The notes: a model not told the origin generated them from the letters alone. A stretch of DNA of 62,583 nucleotides from Bacteroidetes bacterium HGW-Bacteroidetes-17 (GCA_002840985.1 PHDM01000003.1:1-62583), one strand, 5' to 3'; counted from the stretch's first letter, positions 18,655 to 28,650 are shown. A program made the numbers and translations.

Positions 18655-19962
18655 TTAATCAATACGTTGAATTTTTGCTCCTAGTTTACGTAACCGGATA
18701 TCGATGTTTTGATAACCACGATCAATTTGTTCGATGTTATGAATTACACTCTTTCCTTCAGCCGATAATGCCGCGATGAGCAATGCAACCCCGGCCCGAA
18801 TATCAGGGGAGGTCATAGAGATCCCACGTAATGGGTTTTCGCGATTTAATCCAATTACGGTTGCACGGTGAGGATCGCACAGGATGATTCGTGCACCCAT
18901 ATCGATGAGTTTATCCACAAAAAACAACCTGCTCTCAAACATCTTTTGATGGATGAGCACGCTTCCTTTGGCTTGTATCGCGATCACCAGCATGATGCTG
19001 ATCAGATCGGGGGTAAACCCGGGCCACGGTGCATCGGCGATAGTCATGATCGACCCGTCAATGAAAGTTTCGATTTCGTATTCTTTGTGTTCGGGAATAT
19101 GAATATCATTCCCTCTTTTTTCAATTCTGATGCCCATTCTTCTGAACATCTCAGGAATGAGACCTAAGGCTTCATAGTCAACATCTTTAATTGTAAGTTC
19201 CGATTGCGTCATGGCTGCAAGCCCAATGAAACTTCCCACTTCAATCATGTCGGCCATCATGCGATGATCGCATGCACCCAGATTATCAACGCCATCAATC
19301 ACCAATAAATTGGAGCCGACCCCACTAATTTTAGCACCCATACCAATGAGCATCTTTGTTAGTTGCAGAATATAGGGTTCGCAAGCTGCATTAAATATGG
19401 TGGTTCGGCCTTGGGCCAGCGTTGCTGCCATCAGAATATTCGCGGTTCCCGTAACCGAAGCTTCGTCCAATAACATATATTTACCCTGAAGCCTTTCAGC
19501 TTCAATTCGGTAAAAACTTTCTTTGGGTTCGTACGAAAATTTTGCACCAAGTGCTTGTAAACCAAAGAAATGGGTATCGAGTCGTCGACGGCCTATTTTG
19601 TCACCTCCCGGTTGTGGGATATAAGCTTTGCCAAAACGTGCAACCAAAGGACCAAGAATCATGATTGAGCCGCGTAAACTGGCTGCTTTGATTTTGTATT
19701 CTTCAGTTTTTAAAAGTTCAAGATCAATCTTTTTAGCCTGAAATGAATAAGATCCTTCAGCAAGGCAGGTAATTTCTACCCCAAGGTATGCCAATAATTC
19801 AATCAGCTTATTTACATCGCGGATGTCGGGAACATTATGTACTGTGATTTTTTCAGGAGTGAGCAGGGTGGCACAGATAATTTGTAAGGCCTCATTTTTT
19901 GCGCCTTGCGGGGTAATTTCCCCATGTAATTTCTGGCCTCCTATGATTTCAAATGAGCTCAA
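18655..19962 (-). CDS. murA: UDP-N-acetylglucosamine 1-carboxyvinyltransferase (TTG start)
   Basis: GAKNEAL, LRGSI, ASVTGT, NAACEP, APWPGF, MFESR, DIRAG, IDRGY. Confidence 0.96.
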   Translation of the reverse strand: MSSFEIIGGQKLHGEITPQGAKNEALQIICATLLTPEKITVHNVPDIRDVNKLIELLAYLGVEITCLAEGSYSFQAKKIDLELLKTEEYKIKAASLRGSIMILGPLVARFGKAYIPQPGGDKIGRRRLDTHFFGLQALGAKFSYEPKESFYRIEAERLQGKYMLLDEASVTGTANILMAATLAQGRTTIFNAACEPYILQLTKMLIGMGAKISGVGSNLLVIDGVDNLGACDHRMMADMIEVGSFIGLAAMTQSELTIKDVDYEALGLIPEMFRRMGIRIEKRGNDIHIPEHKEYEIETFIDGSIMTIADAPWPGFTPDLISIMLVIAIQAKGSVLIHQKMFESRLFFVDKLIDMGARIILCDPHRATVIGLNRENPLRGISMTSPDIRAGVALLIAALSAEGKSVIHNIEQIDRGYQNIDIRLRKLGAKIQRID

Positions 19963-19977
19963 AACTTAAAGGGATTT

Positions 19978-20637
19978 TTAGGTTGGATTAGTTCGGTGCT
20001 TTGGTTTAAATCCACCTCCGTTTGAGTATGATTCTTTTGCAGGTCGGCGGCCAACAAATTTTTTCTTTTTTGAAACCGGACGGGGAACTACATCACCTGT
20101 ACTAATGAGCCGGAAATTATCGGGTAGTTTTAATTTACCACCTGACAGCACTTCTAAATGCTGAATGATTAGTTCATCGTTTACCGAATCACGGTTCCAG
20201 TTTAAATATGATTTTTTTAAATGATTGGCAATGGTTTGAATAAACGCTTCTTTTTCAGGGCCATCTTCAAGTTCTATCGCTTTCTCAATAATATTTTCCG
20301 TATTTTTTCCGTAATGCTTGTACTTTATATTGTTATCCTGATAGGGAACCCTTTCAGGCCTGGCTTCAATTTCCTGCTTCGAAGGTACAGGATATGGAGA
20401 GTCAACATCTAAGCTGAAATTTGAAATAATGTGAAGATGATCCCATAATTTTTGTTCAAAATCAACGGTATCTTTTACTTGTGCATTCATTTGAGCCATT
20501 ACATTTATAATAACATTGGATGCAATCGTTCTTTTTTCGCGATCTTCGATGGTTACTATATATTCAATCATTTTCTGAATATTTCTTCCATATTCCGAAA
20601 TAACCAATTTGTTTCTCGTAGTGTTATAGTCTATCAT
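19978..20637 (-). CDS. DUF4290 family protein
   Basis: EYGRNIQKM, KLWDHL, LDVDSPYP, HYGKN, KKSYLNWN; usual position upstream of murA in Bacteroidota. Confidence 0.88.
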   Translation of the reverse strand: MIDYNTTRNKLVISEYGRNIQKMIEYIVTIEDREKRTIASNVIINVMAQMNAQVKDTVDFEQKLWDHLHIISNFSLDVDSPYPVPSKQEIEARPERVPYQDNNIKYKHYGKNTENIIEKAIELEDGPEKEAFIQTIANHLKKSYLNWNRDSVNDELIIQHLEVLSGGKLKLPDNFRLISTGDVVPRPVSKKKKFVGRRPAKESYSNGGGFKPKHRTNPT

Positions 20638-20743
20638 GATGTTAAGTTATAAAGTCAATTAGGCTTATTGATATATCAAATTTTATTAAAGGCAATATTT
20701 CTAATTTGGGGTTTCTGGTTGCACACACAGGTAATAGTTGATG

Positions 20744-20751
20744 CAAAGATA
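20744..20751 (-). promoter_or_regulatory. Bacteroidota primary-sigma -7 element (DUF4290-murA)
   Basis: Minus strand TATCTTTG matches TAnnTTTG. Confidence 0.6.
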
Positions 20752-20842
20752 AACATTATTTTGAAATAATTTATTTTTTGTAAATTTTATTAGTGTTCAG
20801 GAATCCTTTACGTTGCTTTAAATGTTTGACTTAGGACAAAAA

Positions 20843-23146
20843 TTATAAAATTTTCAGCTTTGCAAATTTGAGCAATAATTGTTTTTGTCCGACACCTGCA
20901 AAAAATACGGTCGCTTTTTTATTGGAATCATCCCCTTCAACTGCAATCACTTTTCCTTTCCCGAATTTGGCATGTTCAACTTCCATTCCTGCCTGTAATT
21001 TCTCCATTACCGATGGGTCAAAAGGCTGATCGGATGAGGTTGCTGAAATACTGCTGATTTTCCTGAAATTTTTTTGTTGTGATCCTGTTAATGTTTGGGT
21101 CGATTGCTTTTTCCGGATATCATCGTCAAATCCGATTTTTGCTCCAAATATGGTTGTTCGTTTTGGCAAGTCAATAAATTCGACCGGAATTTCTTCAATA
21201 AACCGGCTGGGTTCGCACATGCTTAAATTACCCCATTTATAACGGCTTTCCGAGTAGGAGAGGTAAAGCTGCTTTTCAGCACGTGTTAATGCAACATAAA
21301 ACAAACGTCGTTCTTCTTCCAGATCAGCTCGGGTATTTAATGATTGGATCGAAGGGAAAAGATTCTCTTCCAAACCAACGATAAAAATATAAGGGAATTC
21401 AAGTCCTTTGGCTGCATGAATCGTCATGAGTGAAACATAATCTGTGCCCTCTTTGTCTTTGGTGTCGGCATCTGTCAGCAATGCTACATCCTGCATAAAC
21501 TCGTCCAAACCTCGGGTCATGTTTCCTTCACGCTCTTCGATTTGCTCTTCGGTAAGTTCAGTTTCGGTAAACTCTTTGATAGCGTTCAAAAGCTCTTCAA
21601 TGTTTTCGTAACGGCTTACGCCTTCAGGACTTTTATCCTGAAACAAATCTTTAAAAATACCGGATGAATTTGCAATTAATTTAGCAAGATCGTAAGCATC
21701 CTTTGTGCGAAGTTGCACTGCAAAACTCTTGATCATGGTCGCAAAATCATTCAGTTTACTTAGCGTTCCTGAATTTAAAGACAAGTTGTAAGACGCTGCA
21801 TTTTCAACAATATTCCACAAACTTTTCCCTGATTCACCTGATGCGACCGTAATTTTTTCGAGCGTGGTATTCCCAATTCCCCGGGCCGGATAATTGATGA
21901 TCCGGACTAGTGCTTCCTCGTCGTTTGGGTTTAGCACCAATCGAAAATAAGCAAGTAAATCTTTAATTTCTTTTCGTTTATAAAAAGAAAGTCCGCCGAA
22001 AATCCGATAGGGGATGTTTGATTTCCTGAGTGCTTCCTCCATTACCCTCGATTGGGCATTGGTGCGGTATAAAATCGCGAAAGCTTCATTCGGAAGCTGG
22101 AAATTCATTTTACTTTCGAAAATGGCATTGGCAACTAAAATGCCTTCTTCGCTATCGGTCGATGCCCTTAACAATTTGATTTGTTTGCCTTCATCGTTTT
22201 CGGTCCAAACCTTTTTTTCTATTTGATCCTTATTGGAGGCAATAACGCTATTGGCCGCGTTTACGATAACTTTGGTGGAGCGGTAATTTTGTTCGAGTTT
22301 AAATATTTTGTGATCGGGATAATCGGTTTTGAAATTAAAAATATTCTGGATATTTGCTCCCCTGAACGCATAAATACTTTGGGCATCATCGCCCACCACA
22401 CAAATATTTTCGTTATTGGCAGCCAGTTTTTTAATGATCAGGTATTGCGAATAGTTGGTATCCTGATACTCATCAACCAGGATGTATTTAAATTTTTGTT
22501 GGTATTTATACAATGCATCCTCAAAATCGCGAAGCAATATATTGGTATTGAAAAGCAGATCGTCGAAATCCATGGCATCAGCTCGTTTCAGGCGGGCATT
22601 ATAGATGGTATAAATGTCGCCAAGCATGGGTTTGCCCGCTGATTTGTCCGCATTCTTAATTTCAAAATTCTGATTATAATCGGCTGGTGAAATCAAATTG
22701 GTTTTGGCTCCCGAAATCCGGCCTAAAACATAATTTGGCGGATAGGTTTTATCATCGAGGTTTTGTTCCTTGATAATGGCTTTGATCAATCTTTTCGTAT
22801 CATCCGTATCGTAAATGGTAAAATTTGAAGGATAACCTAAACGATGGCCCTCTATTCGTAAAATACGCGCAAAAATGGAGTGAAAAGTCCCCATCCAAAC
22901 ATTCATGGCTTCTTTACTTCCGACTAGTTTAAAAATACGCTCCTTCATTTCGCGGGCCGCCTTATTGGTAAAAGTAAGGGCAAGCACATTAAACGGATCG
23001 ACTCCTTTATTTAACAGATGGGCCACCTTGTAAGTAAGTACGCGTGTTTTGCCGGATCCGGCTCCGGCAATCACCATCACCGCCCCCTCTGTGGCTTCCA
23101 CGGCTTCTCGTTGTACTTCGTTTAGTTCTTTTAAAATATCTTTCAA
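20843..23146 (-). CDS. uvrD: ATP-dependent DNA helicase UvrD/PcrA
   Basis: AGAGSGKT, TFTNKAA, DEYQD, VGDDAQSIYAFRGA, QNYRS, HAAKGLEF, EERRLFYV. Start moved to TTG at 23146 (LKDILKELN) because the 53 upstream codons are repeat DNA and contain a promoter. Confidence 0.93.
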   Translation of the reverse strand: MKDILKELNEVQREAVEATEGAVMVIAGAGSGKTRVLTYKVAHLLNKGVDPFNVLALTFTNKAAREMKERIFKLVGSKEAMNVWMGTFHSIFARILRIEGHRLGYPSNFTIYDTDDTKRLIKAIIKEQNLDDKTYPPNYVLGRISGAKTNLISPADYNQNFEIKNADKSAGKPMLGDIYTIYNARLKRADAMDFDDLLFNTNILLRDFEDALYKYQQKFKYILVDEYQDTNYSQYLIIKKLAANNENICVVGDDAQSIYAFRGANIQNIFNFKTDYPDHKIFKLEQNYRSTKVIVNAANSVIASNKDQIEKKVWTENDEGKQIKLLRASTDSEEGILVANAIFESKMNFQLPNEAFAILYRTNAQSRVMEEALRKSNIPYRIFGGLSFYKRKEIKDLLAYFRLVLNPNDEEALVRIINYPARGIGNTTLEKITVASGESGKSLWNIVENAASYNLSLNSGTLSKLNDFATMIKSFAVQLRTKDAYDLAKLIANSSGIFKDLFQDKSPEGVSRYENIEELLNAIKEFTETELTEEQIEEREGNMTRGLDEFMQDVALLTDADTKDKEGTDYVSLMTIHAAKGLEFPYIFIVGLEENLFPSIQSLNTRADLEEERRLFYVALTRAEKQLYLSYSESRYKWGNLSMCEPSRFIEEIPVEFIDLPKRTTIFGAKIGFDDDIRKKQSTQTLTGSQQKNFRKISSISATSSDQPFDPSVMEKLQAGMEVEHAKFGKGKVIAVEGDDSNKKATVFFAGVGQKQLLLKFAKLKIL

Positions 23147-23164
23147 ATGGAATTTTTTGGAATG

Positions 23165-23172
23165 CAAAAGTA
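23165..23172 (-). promoter_or_regulatory. -7 promoter element for uvrD
   Basis: Minus strand TACTTTTG (TAnnTTTG), 18 nt upstream of TTG 23146. Confidence 0.6.
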
Positions 23173-23184
23173 AGGCAAATGTTT

Positions 23185-23262
23185 CAATTAGCCAATGAGG
23201 CAGTGTGCTAATGTGATAATTTGAATTTGAAGATGAGCTAATTTGAAAATTTGAAAATGGGA
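23185..23262. repeat. Degenerate 8-nt tandem repeat tract
   Basis: caattagc caatgagg cagtgtgc taatgtga taatttga, then atttgaag atgagcta atttgaaa atttgaaa atgg. Confidence 0.6.
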
Positions 23263-23308
23263 GGGATGGCTTCCCGATTTCGCCATAGACGAAACGAGAC
23301 GCCATCCC
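23263..23308. repeat. GC-rich hairpin (REP-like element or terminator)
   Basis: GGGATGGC...GCCATCCC outer stem, inner TTTCG/CGAAA; 10 nt past the stop of 23319..23633. Confidence 0.55.
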
Positions 23309-23318
23309 GAATTATTCA

Positions 23319-23633
23319 TTATTGATTAGGTTGCTGTTTTAACGGAGTGAAAAATTCGATTTTGCCACATTTAGGACATAAATACAGATCCATCGATTCT
23401 CTATTTACGAATAGTTCAAAAAAACTACCTAAGGCTCCAATTCTTGTTCCTTCATGAAATTTGTAATTTCCGGAATAGACCATTGGGATTTTACATCTGA
23501 TACAATCAATTTCTCTTTCTTCCTGCTTGTCGTTAAACTCGATAATTTTGTTTTCGGTTAAACTGAAATTGCAGTTCCAGCATAACTCAAAGTTGTCTAA
23601 TATTTCAGCATTGCAATTCGGGCAGTTTTTCAT
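23319..23633 (-). CDS. Small double zinc-ribbon protein
   Basis: Four CxxC motifs: CPNC, CWNC, CIRC, CPKC. Confidence 0.8.
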   Translation of the reverse strand: MKNCPNCNAEILDNFELCWNCNFSLTENKIIEFNDKQEEREIDCIRCKIPMVYSGNYKFHEGTRIGALGSFFELFVNRESMDLYLCPKCGKIEFFTPLKQQPNQ

Positions 23634-23680
23634 TTTGATAATTTTTATTTGATGTAGAATTGTTTGAATTTTAGCTTAGT

Positions 23681-24271
23681 TCATTGTTGAGCAACGTCCT
23701 GATTTCTTAATCTTTGATATCTTAAAAGAATCCATGATCCAAGAATCAAAAGTGTTATTGATGTGAAAATTGGGATATAAAAAATGTGATCAGGTTCGAC
23801 AATAAGCGCTATCAACATGGAGCCGACAGAGATTATAATCGATGCGGCGGCATATCCTTTTTCGTCATAATACCAGGCATAGGGGAAAAGATGTGCTCCG
23901 GTTATAATTGCGTAAGCCATGATAAAATAATCAGGGTATTTTATCAAAATAAAAATTAAAAATGGGAAATAGATTAATTGCGCAAAATTTAGCCAAAGTC
24001 CGAGTGGCTGTAATGGGTTATTTTTTATTTTCCAATTGGTCTTCAGGATTTTTGAAAAACCCAATGCTAATGGAATCAGAATTGCACCAAAAATAAATGT
24101 GAATACACTCTTTTCATAGGATGTATTTTTTGTAAATCTCCAGATTAAAAATATTACAAACCAGGTTATGCATGCAGCGAATATAAAATCAACTCCATTC
24201 TTCGCTTTGATTTGGATTTCTGATTTTAGTTTTTCAAAGCTGCTTAAACTATCATTTTCTTTGCTGTTCAT
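23681..24271 (-). CDS. Polytopic membrane protein (DUF7010-like)
   Basis: About six hydrophobic helices; NPLQPLG and IITGAHLFPYAWYY motifs. Confidence 0.75.
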   Translation of the reverse strand: MNSKENDSLSSFEKLKSEIQIKAKNGVDFIFAACITWFVIFLIWRFTKNTSYEKSVFTFIFGAILIPLALGFSKILKTNWKIKNNPLQPLGLWLNFAQLIYFPFLIFILIKYPDYFIMAYAIITGAHLFPYAWYYDEKGYAAASIIISVGSMLIALIVEPDHIFYIPIFTSITLLILGSWILLRYQRLRNQDVAQQ

Positions 24272-24430
24272 CTTATTTTGTTTCTTTAATTGTTTATATT
24301 TTAGTCAAATCTATAATTTTTCATTCTTTATTTCCACATTGCCTTAATAAAGTTAAGAACCTTGATTTATGCACCCTAACTTGAATTACAAACTTGTCTG
24401 CTTCAATCTGGTTCAACCGTAATAGTCCGA

Positions 24431-24493
24431 CAGCATTATAACTTGCCTTCCGGCAATCAGGAATGCCGCAGAGCGATGATTGTCTATATGCTG
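24431..24493 (-). repeat. 63-bp imperfect inverted repeat, attC-like
   Basis: Minus strand CAGCATATAGAC...GTTATAATGCTG, starting 3 nt after the stop of 24497..26119; internal TTGCC/GGCAA and CAATCA/TGATTG stems. Confidence 0.4.
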
Positions 24494-24496
24494 GTA

Positions 24497-26119
24497 TTAT
24501 TCATTAAGGTATTTATCTAAAATTTGAATTAAAGACTTCTCACTTGGTCTGGGTGCAAAATCGTTTACCAGATTTCCTTTTTGGTCGTATATAAGATAAT
24601 GAGGCACAAACTTAATGTTCATATTTTCTAATTGCTGAGAAGTATATCTATTTACTACAAGATAACTTTCAGGATCAAGATTGTATTTTTTACTGGCATT
24701 CAACCACCTTCTTTTGTCAGGTTCATGCGATATGTAGATTTGAACCAGATTTTTGTCTTTATACAAATGATGCAAGGTGTCTGAAAATTTAAATTGCTCA
24801 AAGCAAGGAGAGCAACCACTACTCCAGAAATCAACATAAAGAACATTTCCTCGATGTTTTTCGATGAGTTTGTTATAATTGATGTTTTCCGAATCGATTG
24901 AAGTTAGCACTAAATCAGCCGAATCGGTCAAAGATTCAGGAGTAAGCAGGTAATTATTCCTGATATAACTTAACATGGAAGTATCATTGAAATCGTTTTC
25001 GAATTTTTTAAAGGCTAGTTTAGCCTCGTTTATTGAATTGTTTTCGATCGTGCTCTGAATATTCGTGAAGCTTAGTATTTTTTTTGCAAGAGGACTTAAA
25101 AGATTACATTCATTTAAGGTGTCGTATAACGCAATATAATCAGGCATTACACTTCCTGCTGTGGCTATATTATTTACATAATTCGTTGTTTCTATTCGTC
25201 GAACCTTTCGACTGAGATATTTGTAATAAATCAAGTTGATAACATTATTATGAAATCCAAAATAAAGTAAACTGTCGTTTTTACTGTCCAAAATATTGCC
25301 GCTATTTATCCAACCTAATTCTTGATCATATCCAAGTTGGATTTTAAAATCATCGGGTGATAATTCCGAAAAATTGTTTGGCTTTTTCTTGGCATCAAGA
25401 AGCCGGTTTAAATAAGCCGTTTTTCTTTGGTACTTTAATTTAGTAACAAAAAAGTAATAGATTTCTTCGGAGATAAAGTTGTTTTGATGAAGTGAATCTA
25501 AGAGTTCCTTTTCTTTTATCAATTCTACTTCAAATTGCTCATTTGCTAATGCTGATACTCTCTTTATTTCTTGCCTAAATTCATCGGCCTGTGTGAAATT
25601 TTTTGAGTTTTCCATGAAAAAGTGCGGGAATTTGATTTTTATGTAAGCAGGATAATCATTTGGGCTTAAACTTTGTCGTTTGTACAATTCAAAGTTAATA
25701 TCGAGTGATTTGGTTTCTCTATTCAAGATTTTCGCAATCGGGGTTTTATCTTGATAGGTAAATAAAACCGTGTCCCCATTTTGAAAAATATATGATAATT
25801 CGTCCAATCCTTTGTGCGAATGTATGAATTCGACTAATTTTCTATTGGTATGTAAGGTGAATGTGTCGGATTCAATAGATGAATCTGGAATGAATTTTTT
25901 GGAAATAAAATGATCATCAATAAAATAAATTTCACATTGTGCTGGCCTATAGGCGCTATCTTTTCTGTATTCCCGCCAATTCGGAGGTGGGGAATTAAAT
26001 ATCAAAACAATCTGGCTGTTTTGCATTTCTGCTGAAGGATGCTTCTTTTTGTTTGAACAAGCAATTAAAAAGCAAAGTAAAATAAGAATGGTGATCTGTA
26101 GTTTTCTTCTTTTTATCAT
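24497..26119 (-). CDS. Lipoprotein with C-terminal TlpA/thioredoxin-like domain
   Basis: Lipobox LIAC; YVDFWSSGCSPC, VPHYLIYD, APRPS. Confidence 0.85.
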   Translation of the reverse strand: MIKRRKLQITILILLCFLIACSNKKKHPSAEMQNSQIVLIFNSPPPNWREYRKDSAYRPAQCEIYFIDDHFISKKFIPDSSIESDTFTLHTNRKLVEFIHSHKGLDELSYIFQNGDTVLFTYQDKTPIAKILNRETKSLDINFELYKRQSLSPNDYPAYIKIKFPHFFMENSKNFTQADEFRQEIKRVSALANEQFEVELIKEKELLDSLHQNNFISEEIYYFFVTKLKYQRKTAYLNRLLDAKKKPNNFSELSPDDFKIQLGYDQELGWINSGNILDSKNDSLLYFGFHNNVINLIYYKYLSRKVRRIETTNYVNNIATAGSVMPDYIALYDTLNECNLLSPLAKKILSFTNIQSTIENNSINEAKLAFKKFENDFNDTSMLSYIRNNYLLTPESLTDSADLVLTSIDSENINYNKLIEKHRGNVLYVDFWSSGCSPCFEQFKFSDTLHHLYKDKNLVQIYISHEPDKRRWLNASKKYNLDPESYLVVNRYTSQQLENMNIKFVPHYLIYDQKGNLVNDFAPRPSEKSLIQILDKYLNE

Positions 26120-26215
26120 AATCTGAATTCAATTAATATTAAGCCTAACGTTTTGAGAATAAAATGTAGGGCTGATTAAAATATATCAACATTTCAAAGT
26201 TTGGGGAGTAAAACT

Positions 26216-26223
26216 CAAATATA
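26216..26223 (-). promoter_or_regulatory. -7 promoter element upstream of the TlpA-like gene
   Basis: Minus strand TATATTTG. Confidence 0.45.
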
Positions 26224-26342
26224 AGAAAATTATGGTTAAACTATGGATGTGTTTAAATTTTATTGTTGGTTTAAGCAATTGTGCTGGGCTTTTCGAGGCA
26301 TATTGAGAAATCACTAAAAAATACAACAGTGCCAGCTGGTTT

Positions 26343-27071
26343 TTATTCCTTATTTTTCGCTGTCAAAGGCCCTGTAATGATTCGCTGCAGGTCTTTATTG
26401 AACTGATCAAAACCGTTCGCAGGATAATCGGCGCAGTGTAAAACAGGGTGATAAAAGAGTTCAACATGTCCGCTTTTTACATTCTGATGTAACTCCATAC
26501 ACTTAAAACTACCACTGATGGTAACGGGCAACACATCGGCTCCTTCGTTAAACATAAGTTTTAAACTCCCGGGTTTGAATGGTCCCATTTGCGACCCTTT
26601 ACTGCGGGTACCTTCGGGGAAAATAAAAATGGGGTTCTTGTCTTTTTGGCGTATCCGCTCATTAATCTTGGCGGAAGATTCCTTCAACCTTTTGCGATTA
26701 ATGAAAATACAATCGAGTTCTTTCATCCATACATTGATGATAGGCATTTTATTCAATTCGTGCTTGGCAATAAACCCAACCGAAAACGGAAGGCATGAAA
26801 TATAAATCGGAATATCGAAACTTCCCTGATGATTTGAAACTACCACCAAACCCGAGCGGGTTTCGGGGATGTTTTCTTTACCATAAGCGGTATAACTTAC
26901 CCCATTTACACCCAAAATAAATCGGGCCCAAGCAGTACTTATGAGGTAAACAAAACGTTTTACAGACCTTTTGGTTCCAACAAGTTTTAAAATATAATAG
27001 GGGACAAAAAACAGGATACTGAAAATCAGGATCAACCAGAAGGTGAAGTAGAAAAATGCAGTTTTTAACAT
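26343..27071 (-). CDS. plsC: 1-acyl-sn-glycerol-3-phosphate acyltransferase (PlsC family)
   Basis: NHQGSFD (HX4D), FINR, FPEGTRS. Confidence 0.9.
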   Translation of the reverse strand: MLKTAFFYFTFWLILIFSILFFVPYYILKLVGTKRSVKRFVYLISTAWARFILGVNGVSYTAYGKENIPETRSGLVVVSNHQGSFDIPIYISCLPFSVGFIAKHELNKMPIINVWMKELDCIFINRKRLKESSAKINERIRQKDKNPIFIFPEGTRSKGSQMGPFKPGSLKLMFNEGADVLPVTISGSFKCMELHQNVKSGHVELFYHPVLHCADYPANGFDQFNKDLQRIITGPLTAKNKE

Positions 27072-27104
27072 AGCTTAATTAGAACGATTAGTATTTCGCT
27101 TGTA

Positions 27105-27131
27105 AAGGTGCCCCTGAAGAGGAGGCACCTT
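27105..27131. repeat. GC-rich hairpin (possible terminator or REP-like)
   Basis: AAGGTGCC-CCT-gaag-AGG-a-GGCACCTT between the permease and plsC. Confidence 0.5.
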
Positions 27132-27353
27132 AAACCACTTCGAAGATACTGTTTTTAAATAATTTTAGCATATTAGAAAATACTTTTAAAATATTTTTGC
27201 AGACGACATTAGCTCCTATGATAATCCATTAACATTTTGAGAGGACTGCGCTCGATATCCGGATACTCAATTCGACCTAAACCGATCTTCATTGCCAATC
27301 CACTAATTTTGCGGGTCCCTCTATTTTCAATACATTTTCAAATTACTAATTTC

Positions 27354-28481
27354 TTAGCTAATAAAATTATATAAAAATCCAAATAATACTGCACCGAACA
27401 ATGAAAATGAAATATACATTAAGAATATTTTCTTTTTAGCCAATCCCCATACAGCTGCCATTGCCGGTAAGGTTGTGGTGGGTCCTGCGATTAAAAATGC
27501 CAGAGCAGCCCCGGGATTCATTCCCAGTGATAACAATCCGCTTATTAATGGAAGGGTGGTTAAATTGGTAGTGTATGCCGGAATTCCAATCAGAGTGGCA
27601 ATGATTACCGAAAATGAGCCCTTTCCTCCGAGGATACCTGATATGAATTCCTGAGGCACATAAAATTGTATCAATGCATTAATTAAGAACGCAAGAGACA
27701 TAAATTTTACCACCATGATTGTTGCTTTCCAGATTTCAGTAGTCAGCCTGTTAGCAAGAGAAATTGGAACCGGTGTTTTTACTTCGCAACTGTTACACGA
27801 TTTTTCTGTGTTAGAAATAGTTGGTTTTACAGTTGGAGCTTTTTTGGTTACATCGCAACTTGAACTTTCATTTGACACACAGTAGCTCTTTTTTGTTTGA
27901 AATCCTGAGTTATAAATTGGAATCTCCTGAACTTGCAATTTCCCGGATAGGAGTTTGAAATCAGATATCAAACGCAGCCCATCTTTAATTTTAAGCAAAC
28001 TATTCTTCCATGTATTTTTTGCAGTCGAAACAGGATTTTGTCGAAGTACTTCTTTATCGATATATCCTTTTAAAATGGCAAAATGAGTAATATAACCAGC
28101 CGCCAAACTAATGAAAAATGTAGCTGCAAGCCTCCAAACCGACAAATTCCATCCGATGGTAGCCACGCTTAAGAAAAATATTTCAGGATCCATCGCAGGC
28201 GATGCAATCCAAAACGACATAACCGGACCCAGTGGGACACCACCAATTAATAAGGAGGCAATTACCGGAATTACTCCGCATGAACAAAATGGACTGAATG
28301 CACCCACAATTGTTGCCAATAAAATTGAGATCAAAGGATTTTTGCTCATGATTTTTGTGATAAACTTAGCAGCCCCGGTGAATTTTACAGCCACTGCGAA
28401 AGGGATCGAGATTAATAGATAAGGCCAAATATGAATAAACGATTCAAGAATAAACGCTGCAATTTTTGTGATCTGTTCCAT
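27354..28481 (-). CDS. ArsP/DUF318-family permease with Cys-containing central loop
   Basis: SPFCSCGVIP, MSFWIASP, GAALAFLIAGP; two membrane halves separated by a loop with four Cys. Confidence 0.85.
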   Translation of the reverse strand: MEQITKIAAFILESFIHIWPYLLISIPFAVAVKFTGAAKFITKIMSKNPLISILLATIVGAFSPFCSCGVIPVIASLLIGGVPLGPVMSFWIASPAMDPEIFFLSVATIGWNLSVWRLAATFFISLAAGYITHFAILKGYIDKEVLRQNPVSTAKNTWKNSLLKIKDGLRLISDFKLLSGKLQVQEIPIYNSGFQTKKSYCVSNESSSCDVTKKAPTVKPTISNTEKSCNSCEVKTPVPISLANRLTTEIWKATIMVVKFMSLAFLINALIQFYVPQEFISGILGGKGSFSVIIATLIGIPAYTTNLTTLPLISGLLSLGMNPGAALAFLIAGPTTTLPAMAAVWGLAKKKIFLMYISFSLFGAVLFGFLYNFIS

Positions 28482-28527
28482 TTTTTTAAGATTTATTTGT
28501 TAAACACTTTTTTGATTTTTCGTCTCA

Positions 28528-28555
28528 TAGACGGAGTGTTTACAAAAAGGACGCA
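28528..28555 (-). promoter_or_regulatory. Candidate ECF-sigma promoter for the permease
   Basis: Minus strand TGCGTC-N16-CGTCTA; CGTC is the common ECF -10 core; 46 nt upstream of the permease ATG. Confidence 0.6.
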
Positions 28556-28650
28556 AATGACCTGGACAAATCTTAAAATGAAATGAGGTGGCGATTACTG
28601 AAATGGAGGGCTAATTTTATAATTCAGATGATGAGATCAGTATTCTAAAA

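Noticed and set aside
23147-23305. 53-aa N-terminal extension of UvrD
   Set aside because: It is translated repeat and hairpin DNA and contains the TAnnTTTG promoter; TTG at 23146 fits the family start.
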